From: Nemertoderma westbladi
Lineage: Eukaryota > Animalia > Xenacoelomorpha
Length of the DNA: 64,000 nucleotides
Reading direction: 5' to 3'
NCBI GenBank assembly: GCA_032718475.1
Contig: JAUCBJ010007673.1
Span: forward strand, 1 to 64,000
The position numbers were made by a program, and so were the translations under genes. Each line of letters begins with the position of its first letter. Position 1 is the first letter of the stretch. The notes under the pieces were generated by a model, which was not told the origin of the DNA, ran no database searches, and worked only from the letters and a program-made list of their open reading frames with translations. Of this stretch, positions 22,402 to 33,841 are shown one piece after another.

Positions 22402-22412
22402 GTAGGAATATG
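22402..22412 (+). promoter_or_regulatory. BEL-2 non-canonical primer-binding site GTAGGAATATG, complementary to LTR positions 21343-21353
   Basis: Abuts the LTR end, has no TGG, and is the exact reverse complement of CATATTCCTAC at 21343-21353. Confidence 0.72.
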
Positions 22413-23211
22413 TTTTACTGAACTACGGTTCGGTAGGACTAAAGTTATTTGAAAATTCTGTATTTTGAGGTAAAAATTTGTATTTGATTAGCTAAGTGCT
22501 AATTTTTTGAAATAAAATTTGATTTGAACCGCGTGTAAAATATTTTTGGAATTGAATACCGGTGTTTAAAAAAGGGTTTAAATACCATATTGTACCGGTA
22601 CAAAATTTTCGTAAAGTAAAACCTAACTCTTTTGTTTTTTCAGGATTCAGAACTCATTTCTAGGCTGTAACGGGAGCAAGACCGTGTTTAGCAAGTTTGG
22701 GAGATAGATAACTCAACAACTTTGGTTGGGAAAATCGCGTTTCGTCCGCAACGTTAAAAACGGAAAGGTTCACGTCCGGTTTGTATCTGGGAATCTGTTT
22801 TTCTGGAGAATTATTGGAGTGGGTGAGTTTGAAAAGTTGCATAAATAAGTTAGGCATTACCGTATTAGTTAAAATTATTGTGGGTTCCACTGTCTCAAGT
22901 ATTTATGCATTCCGTACGATTTCTTTGTTCATTGCTGAATTAGTCCGTATTATTGTATTTAATTTACCTTTTGATAACGCATATCGTTATCCGATTTATT
23001 TGTTGTAAAATTGGCCGCTAGGCTAATTTTATTATATACTTATTCCGTGACATTTATTTGCTGTAAAATTGGCCGTTTAGGCTAATTTTATCCATCTGCT
23101 ATAAAATCGGCCGGTAGGCTAATTTTATATGACTGTAATTAGTACCGTTTTATACAAATACGGTAAACTCGATACTTTGACACTCACTTCACTTGACTTA
23201 CAACTACCGAA

Positions 23212-26200
23212 ATGAGTGACAAACAAGACTATACGAAGAATACACAAACCGACTATGACTCATGTGACGGAGATAAGTCAGCAGCGGAAGAACAACAGGG
23301 GAAGACTCGCGAGCCTACCGAACCTACACCGTGTGCGTCACCAGTACATCCAACGGGAGTACCGGATGCCGTAGTACGAGGCGACGGCAGGACCGAGGAC
23401 TTTCTAACTGTTCCGCAACCTAGATATAGGGAAACGGAAATGGTAAGTTCAGCAGGAAGCACAGAAAGTGTGGTTAGAAGCGTCGGTGGATACATGGCGC
23501 ATATAACCAGGAGTATTGGAGAAGGCCAACGCATATTAGATGGGTTGACCGCTCCGATGTCTCGATTCGAGTTCTACACCCTCCAGGTTAGAGTACAGAG
23601 TAAAGTATATAAGTCCGTAGATAATCTAGTTGGCCTACAAGATCTAGCTAGACAGAGACAGGACATGGATACTCAACTTAGAATCCTCGAGAAACTAATG
23701 ATCACTAGAGAGAAACTAATTCAGTTTAAGTCGACGATTAGACAGATACAACAGGAACAAGCGGACCAGTTGTTAGGTGAGTCAGTTTCGGACGAATTAT
23801 TACAACCCGAGGAAGAACAGGAACTGTACCGACTGGATGGACAATTGGAACACCTGACGGACCACTTACGCATGTGCGGCGAAGACGTCGGCGATTTGGA
23901 AACCGTGCCGGAATACACGAGGGAAACTTCATTTGCACAAATCGAATCGGCACCGGGAATACTAAATCAATCATTGGTAAGTATTCGTAGCGAAATATGC
24001 GAAGGAAGTATAGTCACGTCAGAAGTTGCTCGACAACAGCAGCAGTTCTACAGACAGCAACACGAGATGGAAGAACAAACTCAACTGCTAATGATACAAA
24101 CAGCAGTAGAGGAAGAGAAAATACGTGTTGCGAATGTAGCGAGAATCTCTCATCTGCAGGAACAAGCCGAACTCGAAGCGGCCGAAATGGAAAGGTTAGA
24201 GTTGGACATTGCCCAACAAGCGGCAGCGACCGAGTTAGCGCAACGAACGGCAACAGCCGAGTTAGAGCGACAAACGGCAGCGGCAGCGGCAGAGTTAGAG
24301 CGACAAACGGCTGCGGCAGAGTTAGAGCGACAAACGGCTGCGGCAGAGTTAGAGCGACAAAGATTAGTTTCGGAAGCCAGAGTCGAGATGAAGACACGGC
24401 AAATAAAAGCCCAACAAGCGATACGACAAGCAGAGTTCGAGGCGCAACAACAACAAACGGAACAACGAGAAAAGGAAGTTAAACTTCGTTTCGAACTTGA
24501 AAAAAGGGCGAGAGAATTAGCCGAAACCAAGGAAAATCTGGATCTTCTAGCCCGCGACCGATCGATGAGATCTCGTGACGGACATGATTTGGACCAGTTA
24601 GAGGTAAGACATCGCCAAATTCAGGAACGGAAGAAGGAAGGAAGCGTAGGAGCACCCAGACGGGAACGACAATTAATAAAAGACGTGTGTCAACGATTCC
24701 CACAGGTAACTCATATGTTTGCACCGGTTACGACTAAGGAACCTGTTTCGATTGCGGGTAGTAGTGATATTTCTCCTATCCATGGTGCGACGGAACACAG
24801 GTTTGTTATTCCGGACGAGTTTATACCGCCAAGAGCAGCGTCGTCGCCTATTCCGAGAGTCAAGGTAAGTAACCCACCGATTACAGATCGTAGTAGTTTA
24901 TTGACCGGACCTGCGCTACTGACGACAAAACAGGTGAGTCCACCTTTGACACCTAAACCCGTTACACATTACGCTTACCCAATGACGTTTCGACCTACAA
25001 GGCCAGCGGTTTCAAATGCTGTCATCCGACCACCGGTCCAGTTTACATCGCAATCTACGACTTCGAGGAAGACTTGTGAGCCTACCGAACAACGGAGAAC
25101 AGTGGATACGCGACCGTTTAACCAGTTCACATCGCAATCTACGACTTCGAGGAAGACTTGTGAGCCTACCGAACAACGGAGAACAGTGGATACGCGACCG
25201 TTTAACCAGTTCACATCGCAATCTACGACTTCGAGGAAGACTTGTGAGCCTACCGAACAACGGAGATCAGTGGACGATGTTCCGAAACGAGCCGTTAGAA
25301 TTCGAACGACGCAACGGACGCGAGCACGTCGACCACCATATCCAGATGATAGTAGTACTTCGAGCGAATCGGATTACCCGAAACGCGAGGTATTTAGAAC
25401 AGGGGCGGCCGATGAATATAAACGCGAGCGTTCAGACAACTCCTTTGCAGACAATCCTCCACAGAATACACCAACACAGAAGGCGTTACAACCAACGGAC
25501 GCAATTAGTACACAACAGTTCGCCGACATTCTGCGACCAGTTGTCAACAAGTTGGCTCAGATCGAGGAGCGTCTGGAGGAAGTTCAAACCGATAGTTCGA
25601 GGAACACCGAATTCGAACACAATAGACACCCGAAGGCACCACAAAGACCGGTACCTTCAAACCCCACATCGTATCAGGGAAAAGCGCCCAGAAGGGAGAA
25701 CATCAACCAGGTTACCAACCAAGGACGCGAAACTCTGAACGTTGCCGAGGAGATAGCGAAATTCGCAGCCAGACAAGGATTGCCGGTACAACAACCACCG
25801 AAGTTCTCCGGTAGCTCAAAACACTGGCATACCTTCGTAGACTATATCGAATCCCAGATCGCCGTGTGCGCCTTTACATCACGGGAGAAGTTCAATTACC
25901 TGCTCCAAACGTTGTCAGGAGAACCTAAACGTTTGGCGGAGACCTTCGTCGGTGTACCGGACGCTTTCGAACTAGCGTACGATCGTTTGACTTCGATATA
26001 CGGAGGTACAGTGAGTATGGCCAGGTCAGTAATAGAGGAACTCTGTAAGGGAGGGGCTATCACTAAACCCGTCGACTTACTAAAACTGGCTGACGAGATT
26101 AAGAACGCTATCACTACCTTAAGATCAATTGGACAACTTGATTACGGGAATACCCCTACAGTTCTATTAAAGATAATAGGACGACTCCACCATCGACTTC

Positions 26201-28151
26201 GTCGGGAGTGGAGGAAGGTCGAATACCAGCGAGAGGAGCGGGGAGGATTCTTAAAATTAGAAGATGTGTACCTTTTAATATCCAGGGAGGCGGTAGTAGA
26301 AACTCGATCTAACTATACCGACCAGCACATCGTGGCAGAAGGGATCACACTGCCATCCTCCAACCGACAAAAACCCCAGACAACATCCACAAAGACGGCC
26401 ACTTACGCCACACCGACGGAATCACGACAATTCTCAGACGGTAATAGAGTATCTGCGCCCATTGGGACGAAACAGACGAGACAGCAACTCAGCGCCGACT
26501 TCAACGGCTGCCAATACTGCGAACATCTAGGTAAGCGGTATATTGGTCACAAGTTACGAGGTTGTCGACAATTTCGCGAGTTGAACTCGGAAGAACGACG
26601 GCTGCAGATACGGCCACTGGACTCTTGTTGGCGGTGTACGCGACACGGACACGTCCGTAAGGATTGCCCAAATACCGACACTTGTCCATCCTGTGGACGC
26701 AACCACGACGGTCTGCTCCTCACAGACAGCCACACGCCGACGAAACGCTTCGCCAGGGAACACCCGGAAGCAGCAGCGAGATGTGATGCAGCCTACCGAA
26801 AACGAGAATCGAAAACGACTCCAACTTTCGTGACCCATATTGAGGATTGCTTCTCAGAACAATCCGGATCGTCGGACGAAGAATCAGAAAACGACGACGA
26901 ATATTCTAATGGAAACGAACAACCGTCAATCGCGCTCCTGACCACTGACCAACTGAAGGGATTCAGTGTAATCCCGATTAAGGTTACTGGCACAAAGGGG
27001 AGTAAGAGGATTTACGCGATTCTAGATTCAGCCTCATCTCACAGTTACGTGGATGAAAAGATAGCTGACGTCGTAACGGATCTCAGACAAGGTAAACACG
27101 TCAGTTATACAGTAAGTAGTATGCATGGCCAGCGTGCAATACCAGTGACACGAGTTAAGTTGGACTTAGACTCTCTTCTTCCAAAATCGCAACACAGCGA
27201 GAGGGAGAGATCTTTGTTACCCTTTAGAGATCTAACCTTTGCGGCCACGAAGGACTTTAGTAACCTACTAGGTCCAGTGCCGGAACAATCTCTGGAGGAC
27301 CGTAAGTATTTCAGACACCTTGGTGTACCCGAATGTCCTGTCAATTATAGATCGGTAGCAATGCTGATCGGGACGGACCAATTCAACCTACATCAGGTGT
27401 GGGAAACCAGACCGTCGGCAGTTGTAGCAGGAAACGCATACGCCTGCAGAACGCCGATAGGGTGGTATACTCGAGCGCCTGTGCGCACACTAGACGTAAG
27501 TGACGAGGAAGACGATGTACAGAGTACATGTAGTTTATTAACTACAAATTCAATTCATTCCTTTTCACACGACATGGACCATACTACACTACAGTCGACA
27601 AAACATGACAGACGTGTAACTAGTATGATAAGTCACAAGGAGCAGCTAACCCACAAGGTGAGTTTAGAACTTGGGGAGAAGACGAATCAGCTAGAGATTC
27701 CATCGACGACAGATGATAGGCTTGCGAGTCTACCTACCCCAATAACCTCAACAGTGCCCGTCGATATCGATGATGACGCGTTGAGAAATCATCAGTTGGA
27801 ACAAGCCGCCTTGGACAAAGAATTAACGGAGAAGACTATCAGGTGGTTAGAACAAGATACAGCTGAACCTGGTAGCTACGAACCTTGCATGTCGGAACAG
27901 GAGAAACAATCTCTAAAGATCATGGAAGATACTATCCGACAGACGGAGGACGGACATTACGAGGTGGGGATGTTATGGCGTAGCCAAAGTCCTAAACTTA
28001 TAAATAACTACCCACTGGCTTTAAGACGTCTACACTCAATACGACAACGTCTATTAAAGGACGAGAAAGCCCATCTGCAGTACAACACTCAGATGGAGAC
28101 GTATTTGACTGAAGGATACGCTATCCGAATGACTAACCCGGAGCGAGTACC
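23212..28151 (+). CDS. gag: BEL-2 Gag-protease part of a Gag-Pol polyprotein, interrupted at 28152 by an insertion
   Basis: DUF1759-like PKFSG...W..F...EKFNYL segment, zinc knuckles (CQYC..H..C, CWRC..GH..C, CPSCGRNH), protease ILDSAS and pre-RT segment GHYEVGMLW..NNYPLALRRL. Confidence 0.92.
25038..25275 (+). repeat. 84-bp in-frame tandem repeat (about 3 copies) in BEL-2 gag
   Basis: QFTSQSTTSRKTCEPTEQRRTVDTRPFN repeated. Confidence 0.9.
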
Positions 28152-29336
28152 TAAAGAGGTGAGGTCTCTATAGGGGTGCTCGGAAAAGGCGGCGGCGGAC
28201 TCGTGAGGGTCTGGGGGCACGTTAAATCTGGGTTTATAGTGCTAGGGAGATACTTAAGGCCCTCGTGTCTAACGAACCATGAATTGCCATGGTGCCGTGG
28301 TTCCGTCTAGTCGGCCTGTTGCCGTACTGCCAGTCCTGTACACAGTAGGGGTGGTGGCATGGCGTGATTTGTGGCTCATGTGGCGTGAACTATGTTTTGT
28401 ATGTGGGCGATCAGTGGCAGTTTGCTTGGGGCTTGGATGGTTCCATTGACCGTCAGCTGTTCCGTTTTTTTGATACTATATGTTATTGTCTCCATGTTCA
28501 GCTGATTGGTCTTTGGTGGCATTGGAAAAACCGTCGGGTCTTGAGCTTTCTGTTGCTGTGGGTACGTGAGTACACGTGATTGTATGTGTGGCCACTGCGA
28601 GTGGGTATGGGAACCCTTGCCAGTTGGACAAGACGCCGCTGGTATTAGTAGGACCATACTCTACTGCACCCCAGCATACTTTGTGCACACAAAGTTATTT
28701 TACCCTGTCGGTAAAATAAGGTACTCTCGACTCTTTTCGAGTTTCAGTCGATACAATTTTGTCCCTTCCGATTTTGTCTTTCCCGATTTTGACCTCGATT
28801 TTGTCTTACCCGATTATGTCCTCTGTGTGTGCATGGTATGTGTCAGATTTTGTGTTTACCGTAGTGTACTTGATTTCGTGAACATCTGTTGAGTACACGT
28901 GTACAGGACGGGTAAGTGGTTACTTGTTCCTAGCTTTCGAGTTAGTCAGTATTGTTGAGGAACGGTGTCCCCTCAATACTGCCGGCGAGGCAGGTGAAAA
29001 CGTGTCAATATTCCATGTTGGGTAGCGCAAGCCCGCTTGGGACAAGACCGTCGGTTAGGCCCAAGGGCGACCTTGGTGCTCGATCGCTATCGACTGGTCC
29101 ACCTGCCGGTTGACTCTTTGTTATACTTTGAGTTGGCTCAATGTACAGTCAGGCCACAGTAAGTTGACAGTAGCCGCTCATCTGGCTACACGTTCGACGA
29201 GCTGTGCCGGTGTGATCGGGGGACCGAAAACAGAACCCGGGAAGCATCGGGCCACCCTGCGGCCTGGTTTGGTTTGTCACCGGCCCCCAGGGTGGTGGAA
29301 AGGTGTCCGCCTCGTGGGTGCGCCTCGGGGAGGAGC
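28152..29336. mobile_element. Unclassified 1185-bp hairpin-rich insertion splitting BEL-2 gag-pol
   Basis: Flanked by CC on both sides. Its removal restores ERVPEGHKWTDQTYYLPHH in frame, paralleling BEL-3 ERVPEETPITERTYYLTNH. Confidence 0.85.
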
Positions 29337-32300
29337 CCAGAAGGACACAAGTGGACCGACCAGACATACTACCTGCCACATCACTATGTGAGACATCCCG
29401 ACAAACCAGATAAAGTACGCGTAGTCAATGACTGTGCGGCTCTGTTTGAGGGAATGTCCCTCAATAGTGAGTTGATGGATGGACCGAACATGAATAATTA
29501 TCTTATGGGGGTGATTATGCGCTTCCGTCAGCGTCAAGTAGCCTTTACTTGCGACGTTGAAGCGATGTTTCACCAAGTAAAAGCGTTAGAGCGAGACAGA
29601 GACAGTTTGCGGTTTCTCTGGTATCCGGAAGGGGACTTAAGTCTACCACCAGCGACTTACCAAATGCAAGTTCGCGTTTTCGGTGCCAGAGACAGCCCAA
29701 ATTGTACGATGTACGCCTTGAAGCAAGCCGCTAGAGATCAGAAACATCTGTATGACCCAGAGATAATTAGAATTGTAGAACGTGACTTTTACGTTGATGA
29801 CGGTTTACAAAGTTGCGACACAGTAGAACGTGCTACAATAGTAGCACATCAATTACGGGACTGCTTGGCGGGCGGAGGTTTTAACCTCACCAAATTCGCC
29901 TCAAACAGTGCCGAATTAGTTGACTCATTCGGAACTACTGAGCGTGGAGGAGGTGATATAGACCTAGAGTTCGAACCACTACCGACGACTAAGGTGTTGG
30001 GGCTCTTTTGGGACCCAAACACAGACAACTTTCGAGTGAAGGTGAGACTGGACAGTCAAGGGAACACGCTGACCAAGAGATCATGCTTGTCAAAATTGAG
30101 CCGATTGTTCGATCCGTTAGGATTCATCAGTCCAGTGATACTGCAAGCCCGCATTTATATGCGCAGTATATGGAAGGATGGACTAACATGGGACGAGCCG
30201 ATCTCATCAGACCAAGTGGACTTATGGAAGACCTGGGAGGCGGAATTGTCTTCGCTAGAGGATTATTTCATACCCAGGGTTTACTTTCCATTACAGAGTA
30301 CATTTCCTGACAACTTGGAACTACACTGTTTTTCTGACGCCAGTGACAACGGTTTTGGTGTGGCAGCGTATTTGCGCAGACAAGTAGAATCAGACGAGTT
30401 CGATGTTTCGCTCATTACTTCTAAGGCTAAGACCATGCCTACTAAGTATATGACGACACCACGAGCCGAGCTACAAGCCGCAACCCTGTCAACCACCATC
30501 GTGAACCTCATACAGACAGAACTACAGTCGAGTTTACAGATATTTTATTGGACTGACGCGACGTTAGTTTTATTTTACATAAACAACGACACTCTCGAAT
30601 TCAAGACATTCGTAGCTAACCGTCGCGCGGAAATTCTAGACCGTTCAATAAAAGAGGATTGGCGACATTGCCCCGGACCACAAAACCCAGCTGATATTGC
30701 GTCGCGAGGAATGATGCCTGAGGAATTCTGTAAACCGGAGAACAAAGAGTTTTGGCAACACGGACCCCAGTTCTTGCAGAAATCGACACAAGATTGGCCT
30801 CCGTTATACGACAACAAGTCCAACACTATTCCCAAGGACGCCGAAATCAAAAAACCAAAAAGGGGGAAGACAAAGAAAAAGACAACGGCGGCAAAACTCA
30901 AGAAAAAACCGAAGGCGAAATGGAAGGATATAACTTCAAAGGTCAAGAGAGGAAGACTTGCGAGCCTTTCTACACCAGACATATCGCCAGACGGTCAACC
31001 AGACACGTTACCAGACGGTCAACCAGACATGTTACTAGACAGCCAACCAGACATTTTGCCAGACATATCACAAAATGTTCCACCAGACGCTAGTAACACA
31101 CTGACATACAGTAAAGCCGCAGTTTCCCTATTGGAGCGGCCTTCTATTGACAAACAACCAGATACGTTACCAGACGTATCGCCAGACACATTACTAGACA
31201 GTCGACTAGACATTAGTAATGTATCGACTAACAATAAAGCCGCAGTTTCCCTATTGGAGCGGCCTTGTATTGACAAACTACCAATTTTGACACACTTGAG
31301 CAACCATAAGCATGGTGAAACCTCATGTATTACAGATGTGGGTAGTACCTACGCTAATGTAAATACAGGTGTTACTTTGCGCTCAAGAGACATACCGAAC
31401 TTACAACCTACGGTGAGACCTGGGATTAATGTCGGCAGGAAAATAAGTTTACCGAAACCTGCTGACCCCATAGAGTTCAAACCACCATTAACGATCGACT
31501 TACAAAGTACCGACAATCAAGGTAAGAAGACAAAGAAGGACAAATTACTTGTAGACCCGGACGGATCAACAGTCAACAAGGGAATACTTACCGGCGGACC
31601 CGTGGGCCCTTCTAGTAATTCAAAACCTTCCAAATTCTCCATTGACTTACCTGATGACGTCACAAATACTCATGTCGACCGTATTGTAAACCTAACAGAT
31701 TCTTGGTCAAACGCTTGCCGAAAATTAGCGTGGATTGTACGTTTTGTACAATACGTTAAAGGCAAACGTGACTTTACACGTCGACTTACATTGGCTGAGA
31801 TTGACAGGTGTGAGATTAAATTAATTCGCCATTACCAACTGCGATATTTCGCGCGCGAATTCACATCTATACATCAAGGTCAACCAATCAAGTCGTCACC
31901 GATACTGAGTTGGAGTCCGATTATTTACAATGGCTTAATTTGTCATAAATCTCGGCTTCAAAACATTGACTTTAACACAAACTTTAGGTACCCAATAATA
32001 ATACCGCAACACCACGAACTACAACGTGCAATGATACTGGACGCACATCTACATCTGAAACACGCTGGAAGACACCACTGTCTTTCCTACTTACGTACTA
32101 GATTTGTATTAATTAGACCCAGTAAAGCATTAAGTTCCGTGACACGTACGTGTATTATTTGTAAAAAGGTACATTCTAGAATAGGTACCCAAGAAATGAG
32201 TGAACTACCACAAGCACGACTTCAAGCATTCAGACCACCTTTTACAGAGACTGGAATTGATTGCTTTGGTCCCATACATACGAAACGTGGACGTATACTA

Positions 32301-33182
32301 GTAAAACGCTGGGGACTGATTTTCACATGTATGTCCAGTAGGGCAGTTCACATTGAACGTGTGATGGATCTTTCCACCAACGCGTTTATACTAGCACTGC
32401 GGCGATTTATCGCTAGACGCGGACTAGTAAAATGCTTGTACTCAGACCAAGGGACAAACTTTGTTGGTGCTCGGAATGAGATTGCTAGAGCCTTTAAGAA
32501 ATTAGATCATGATCAAATCTCGAACGAACTGCAACCTCACAAGATTGTTTGGAAGTTCAATCCTCCAGATAGTCCTTGGAGAGGCGGAGTCTGGGAGAGA
32601 TTGATTAGATCTATCAAAACGGCCATGGCAAAGGTCATTCCAGTAAACCACATATTAACAGACGACCAACTGACAACATTGTTTGTTGAAATCGAGGCAA
32701 TACTAAATACTAGACCAATAGTATTAGTACCCGATGACAAACAATCTCAGTTCGCTTTAACACCAGCACACCTGCTTATGCAGGCACCGACCACATTGAC
32801 GCCGATTTCCATTCCAATGGAAAGCGATAGCTACGGTAGAAAAGCGTGGAAAATCACGCAACTACTGGCTAACAAATTCTGGGAAATATGGCAAAACCAT
32901 TATTTGCCCTCTATTTCTGCCAGAACAAACTGGTACAATAACACCCGCGCATTAAAGCCGGGAGATCACGTGCTGTTGGCAGAAGTGAATCTAAAAAGAC
33001 GCTTCTGGATAACAGGTGTCATTTTAGCCACACATCCATCTATGGATGGAGTGACAAGAACTGTGACGGTACGGACAATTGACGGTCGTACAGTAGACAG
33101 ACCGACTCAACGTCTCGTACTTCTTGAAGAGACTCGTAACGAGTCTGGAGATTACAAATCTCCACCTAATACTAGTAAATAA
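29337..33182 (+). CDS. pol: BEL-2 Pol: reverse transcriptase, RNase H, integrase
   Basis: RT: KVRVVNDC, DVEAMFHQV, FGARDSP, FYVDD. RNase H: LHCFSDAS, PRAELQAA, WTDA, NPADIASRG. Integrase: H..H..CIIC, GIDCFGP, SDQGTNF, GGVWERLI, then a DUF5641-like tail. Confidence 0.95.
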   Translation, partial: PEGHKWTDQTYYLPHHYVRHPDKPDKVRVVNDCAALFEGMSLNSELMDGPNMNNYLMGVIMRFRQRQVAFTCDVEAMFHQVKALERDRDSLRFLWYPEGDLSLPPATYQMQVRVFGARDSPNCTMYALKQAARDQKHLYDPEIIRIVERDFYVDDGLQSCDTVERATIVAHQLRDCLAGGGFNLTKFASNSAELVDSFGTTERGGGDIDLEFEPLPTTKVLGLFWDPNTDNFRVKVRLDSQGNTLTKRSCLSKLSRLFDPLGFISPVILQARIYMRSIWKDGLTWDEPISSDQVDLWKTWEAELSSLEDYFIPRVYFPLQSTFPDNLELHCFSDASDNGFGVAAYLRRQVESDEFDVSLITSKAKTMPTKYMTTPRAELQAATLSTTIVNLIQTELQSSLQIFYWTDATLVLFYINNDTLEFKTFVANRRAEILDRSIKEDWRHCPGPQNPADIASRGMMPEEFCKPENKEFWQHGPQFLQKSTQDWPPLYDNKSNTIPKDAEIKKPKRGKTKKKTTAAKLKKKPKAKWKDITSKVKRGRLASLSTPDISPDGQPDTLPDGQPDMLLDSQPDILPDISQNVPPDASNTLTYSKAAVSLLERPSIDKQPDTLPDVSPDTLLDSRLDISNVSTNNKAAVSLLERPCIDKLPILTHLSNHKHGETSCITDVGSTYANVNTGVTLRSRDIPNLQPTVRPGINVGRKISLPKPADPIEFKPPLTIDLQSTDNQGKKTKKDKLLVDPDGSTVNKGILTGGPVGPSSNSKPSKFSIDLPDDVTNTHVDRIVNLTDSWSNACRKLAWIVRFVQYVKGKRDFTRRLTLAEIDRCEIKLIRHYQLRYFAREFTSIHQGQPIKSSPILSWSPIIYNGLICHKSRLQNIDFNTNFRYPIIIPQHHELQRAMILDAHLHLKHAGRHHCLSYLRTRFVLIRPSKALSSVTRTCIICKKVHSRIGTQEMSELPQARLQAFRPPFTETGIDCFGPIHTKRGRILVKRWGLIFTCMSSRAVHIERVMDLSTNAFILALRRFIARRGLVKCLYSDQGTNFVGARNEIARAFKKLDHDQISNELQPHKIVWKFNPPDSPWRGGVWERLIRSIKTAMAKVIPVNHILTDDQLTTLFVEIEAILNTRPIVLVPDDKQSQFALTPAHLLMQAPTTLTPISIPMESDSYGRKAWKITQLLANKFWEIWQNHYLPSISARTNWYNNTRALKPGDHVLLAEVNLKRRFWITGVILATHPSMDGVTRTVTVRTIDGRTVDRPTQRLVLLEETRNESGDYKSPPNTSK

Positions 33183-33841
33183 TTAGGAGTTTAAAAATAG
33201 ATTTCCACGTACCTGTACACCGTAGTAAGGACAGCGGTAGAATTCCATTGTCTTTATATGTGAACATTGAGGGTAGTACCCTTATGTGTCACATAGGAGC
33301 GGGATTTGTAGGTATAAGAAATGGAATTCTACTTGGAACTCACAATATTGAGACATTTTCGAAATTTTAGACAATCCATTTGGATTTGAAAAATTTTTAA
33401 AATTTTCTCCAGTGAATAGATTTCAGGGTACAGTCGGGTGGAACTTAAAATTAGAGAAACAAGAGAGGAAGACTTGCGAGCCTTTCTTAAAATTTTAATT
33501 AAATTTTACACGGTCTTGTTTCAATAAGTTACGTCAAAATAGACTCCCCTATATTTATTACTAATTCTTGACTGCTTATTTTCTGATAATAGTTTGGGAT
33601 CAAAAAGTGAGTATTTTAGACTCACAGCCAGTTTAGCCCAAAATTCGTTTTTATTTCGGCAAAAAATTTTAGATAAGAAGCAGCGTGTCATTAAAGAAAC
33701 CCTAGATCTTAGGCTATGGGTAGGAGGTTAGAGCGTTGTCGAGCCCAAAGGGCAGACGAAACTCTCACGTCTCCTCACAACTAACTACAAACTCTGTTGT
33801 ATTCCCTCTAGTAGTAATGATTATGTAACTACACCCTAATT

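Noticed and set aside
28159-29340. Insert as a spliceosomal intron (GAG|GTGAGG ... CAG) restoring gag-pol
   Set aside because: The donor is phase 0 but the acceptor needs phase 1, so splicing would frameshift; there is also no pyrimidine tract.
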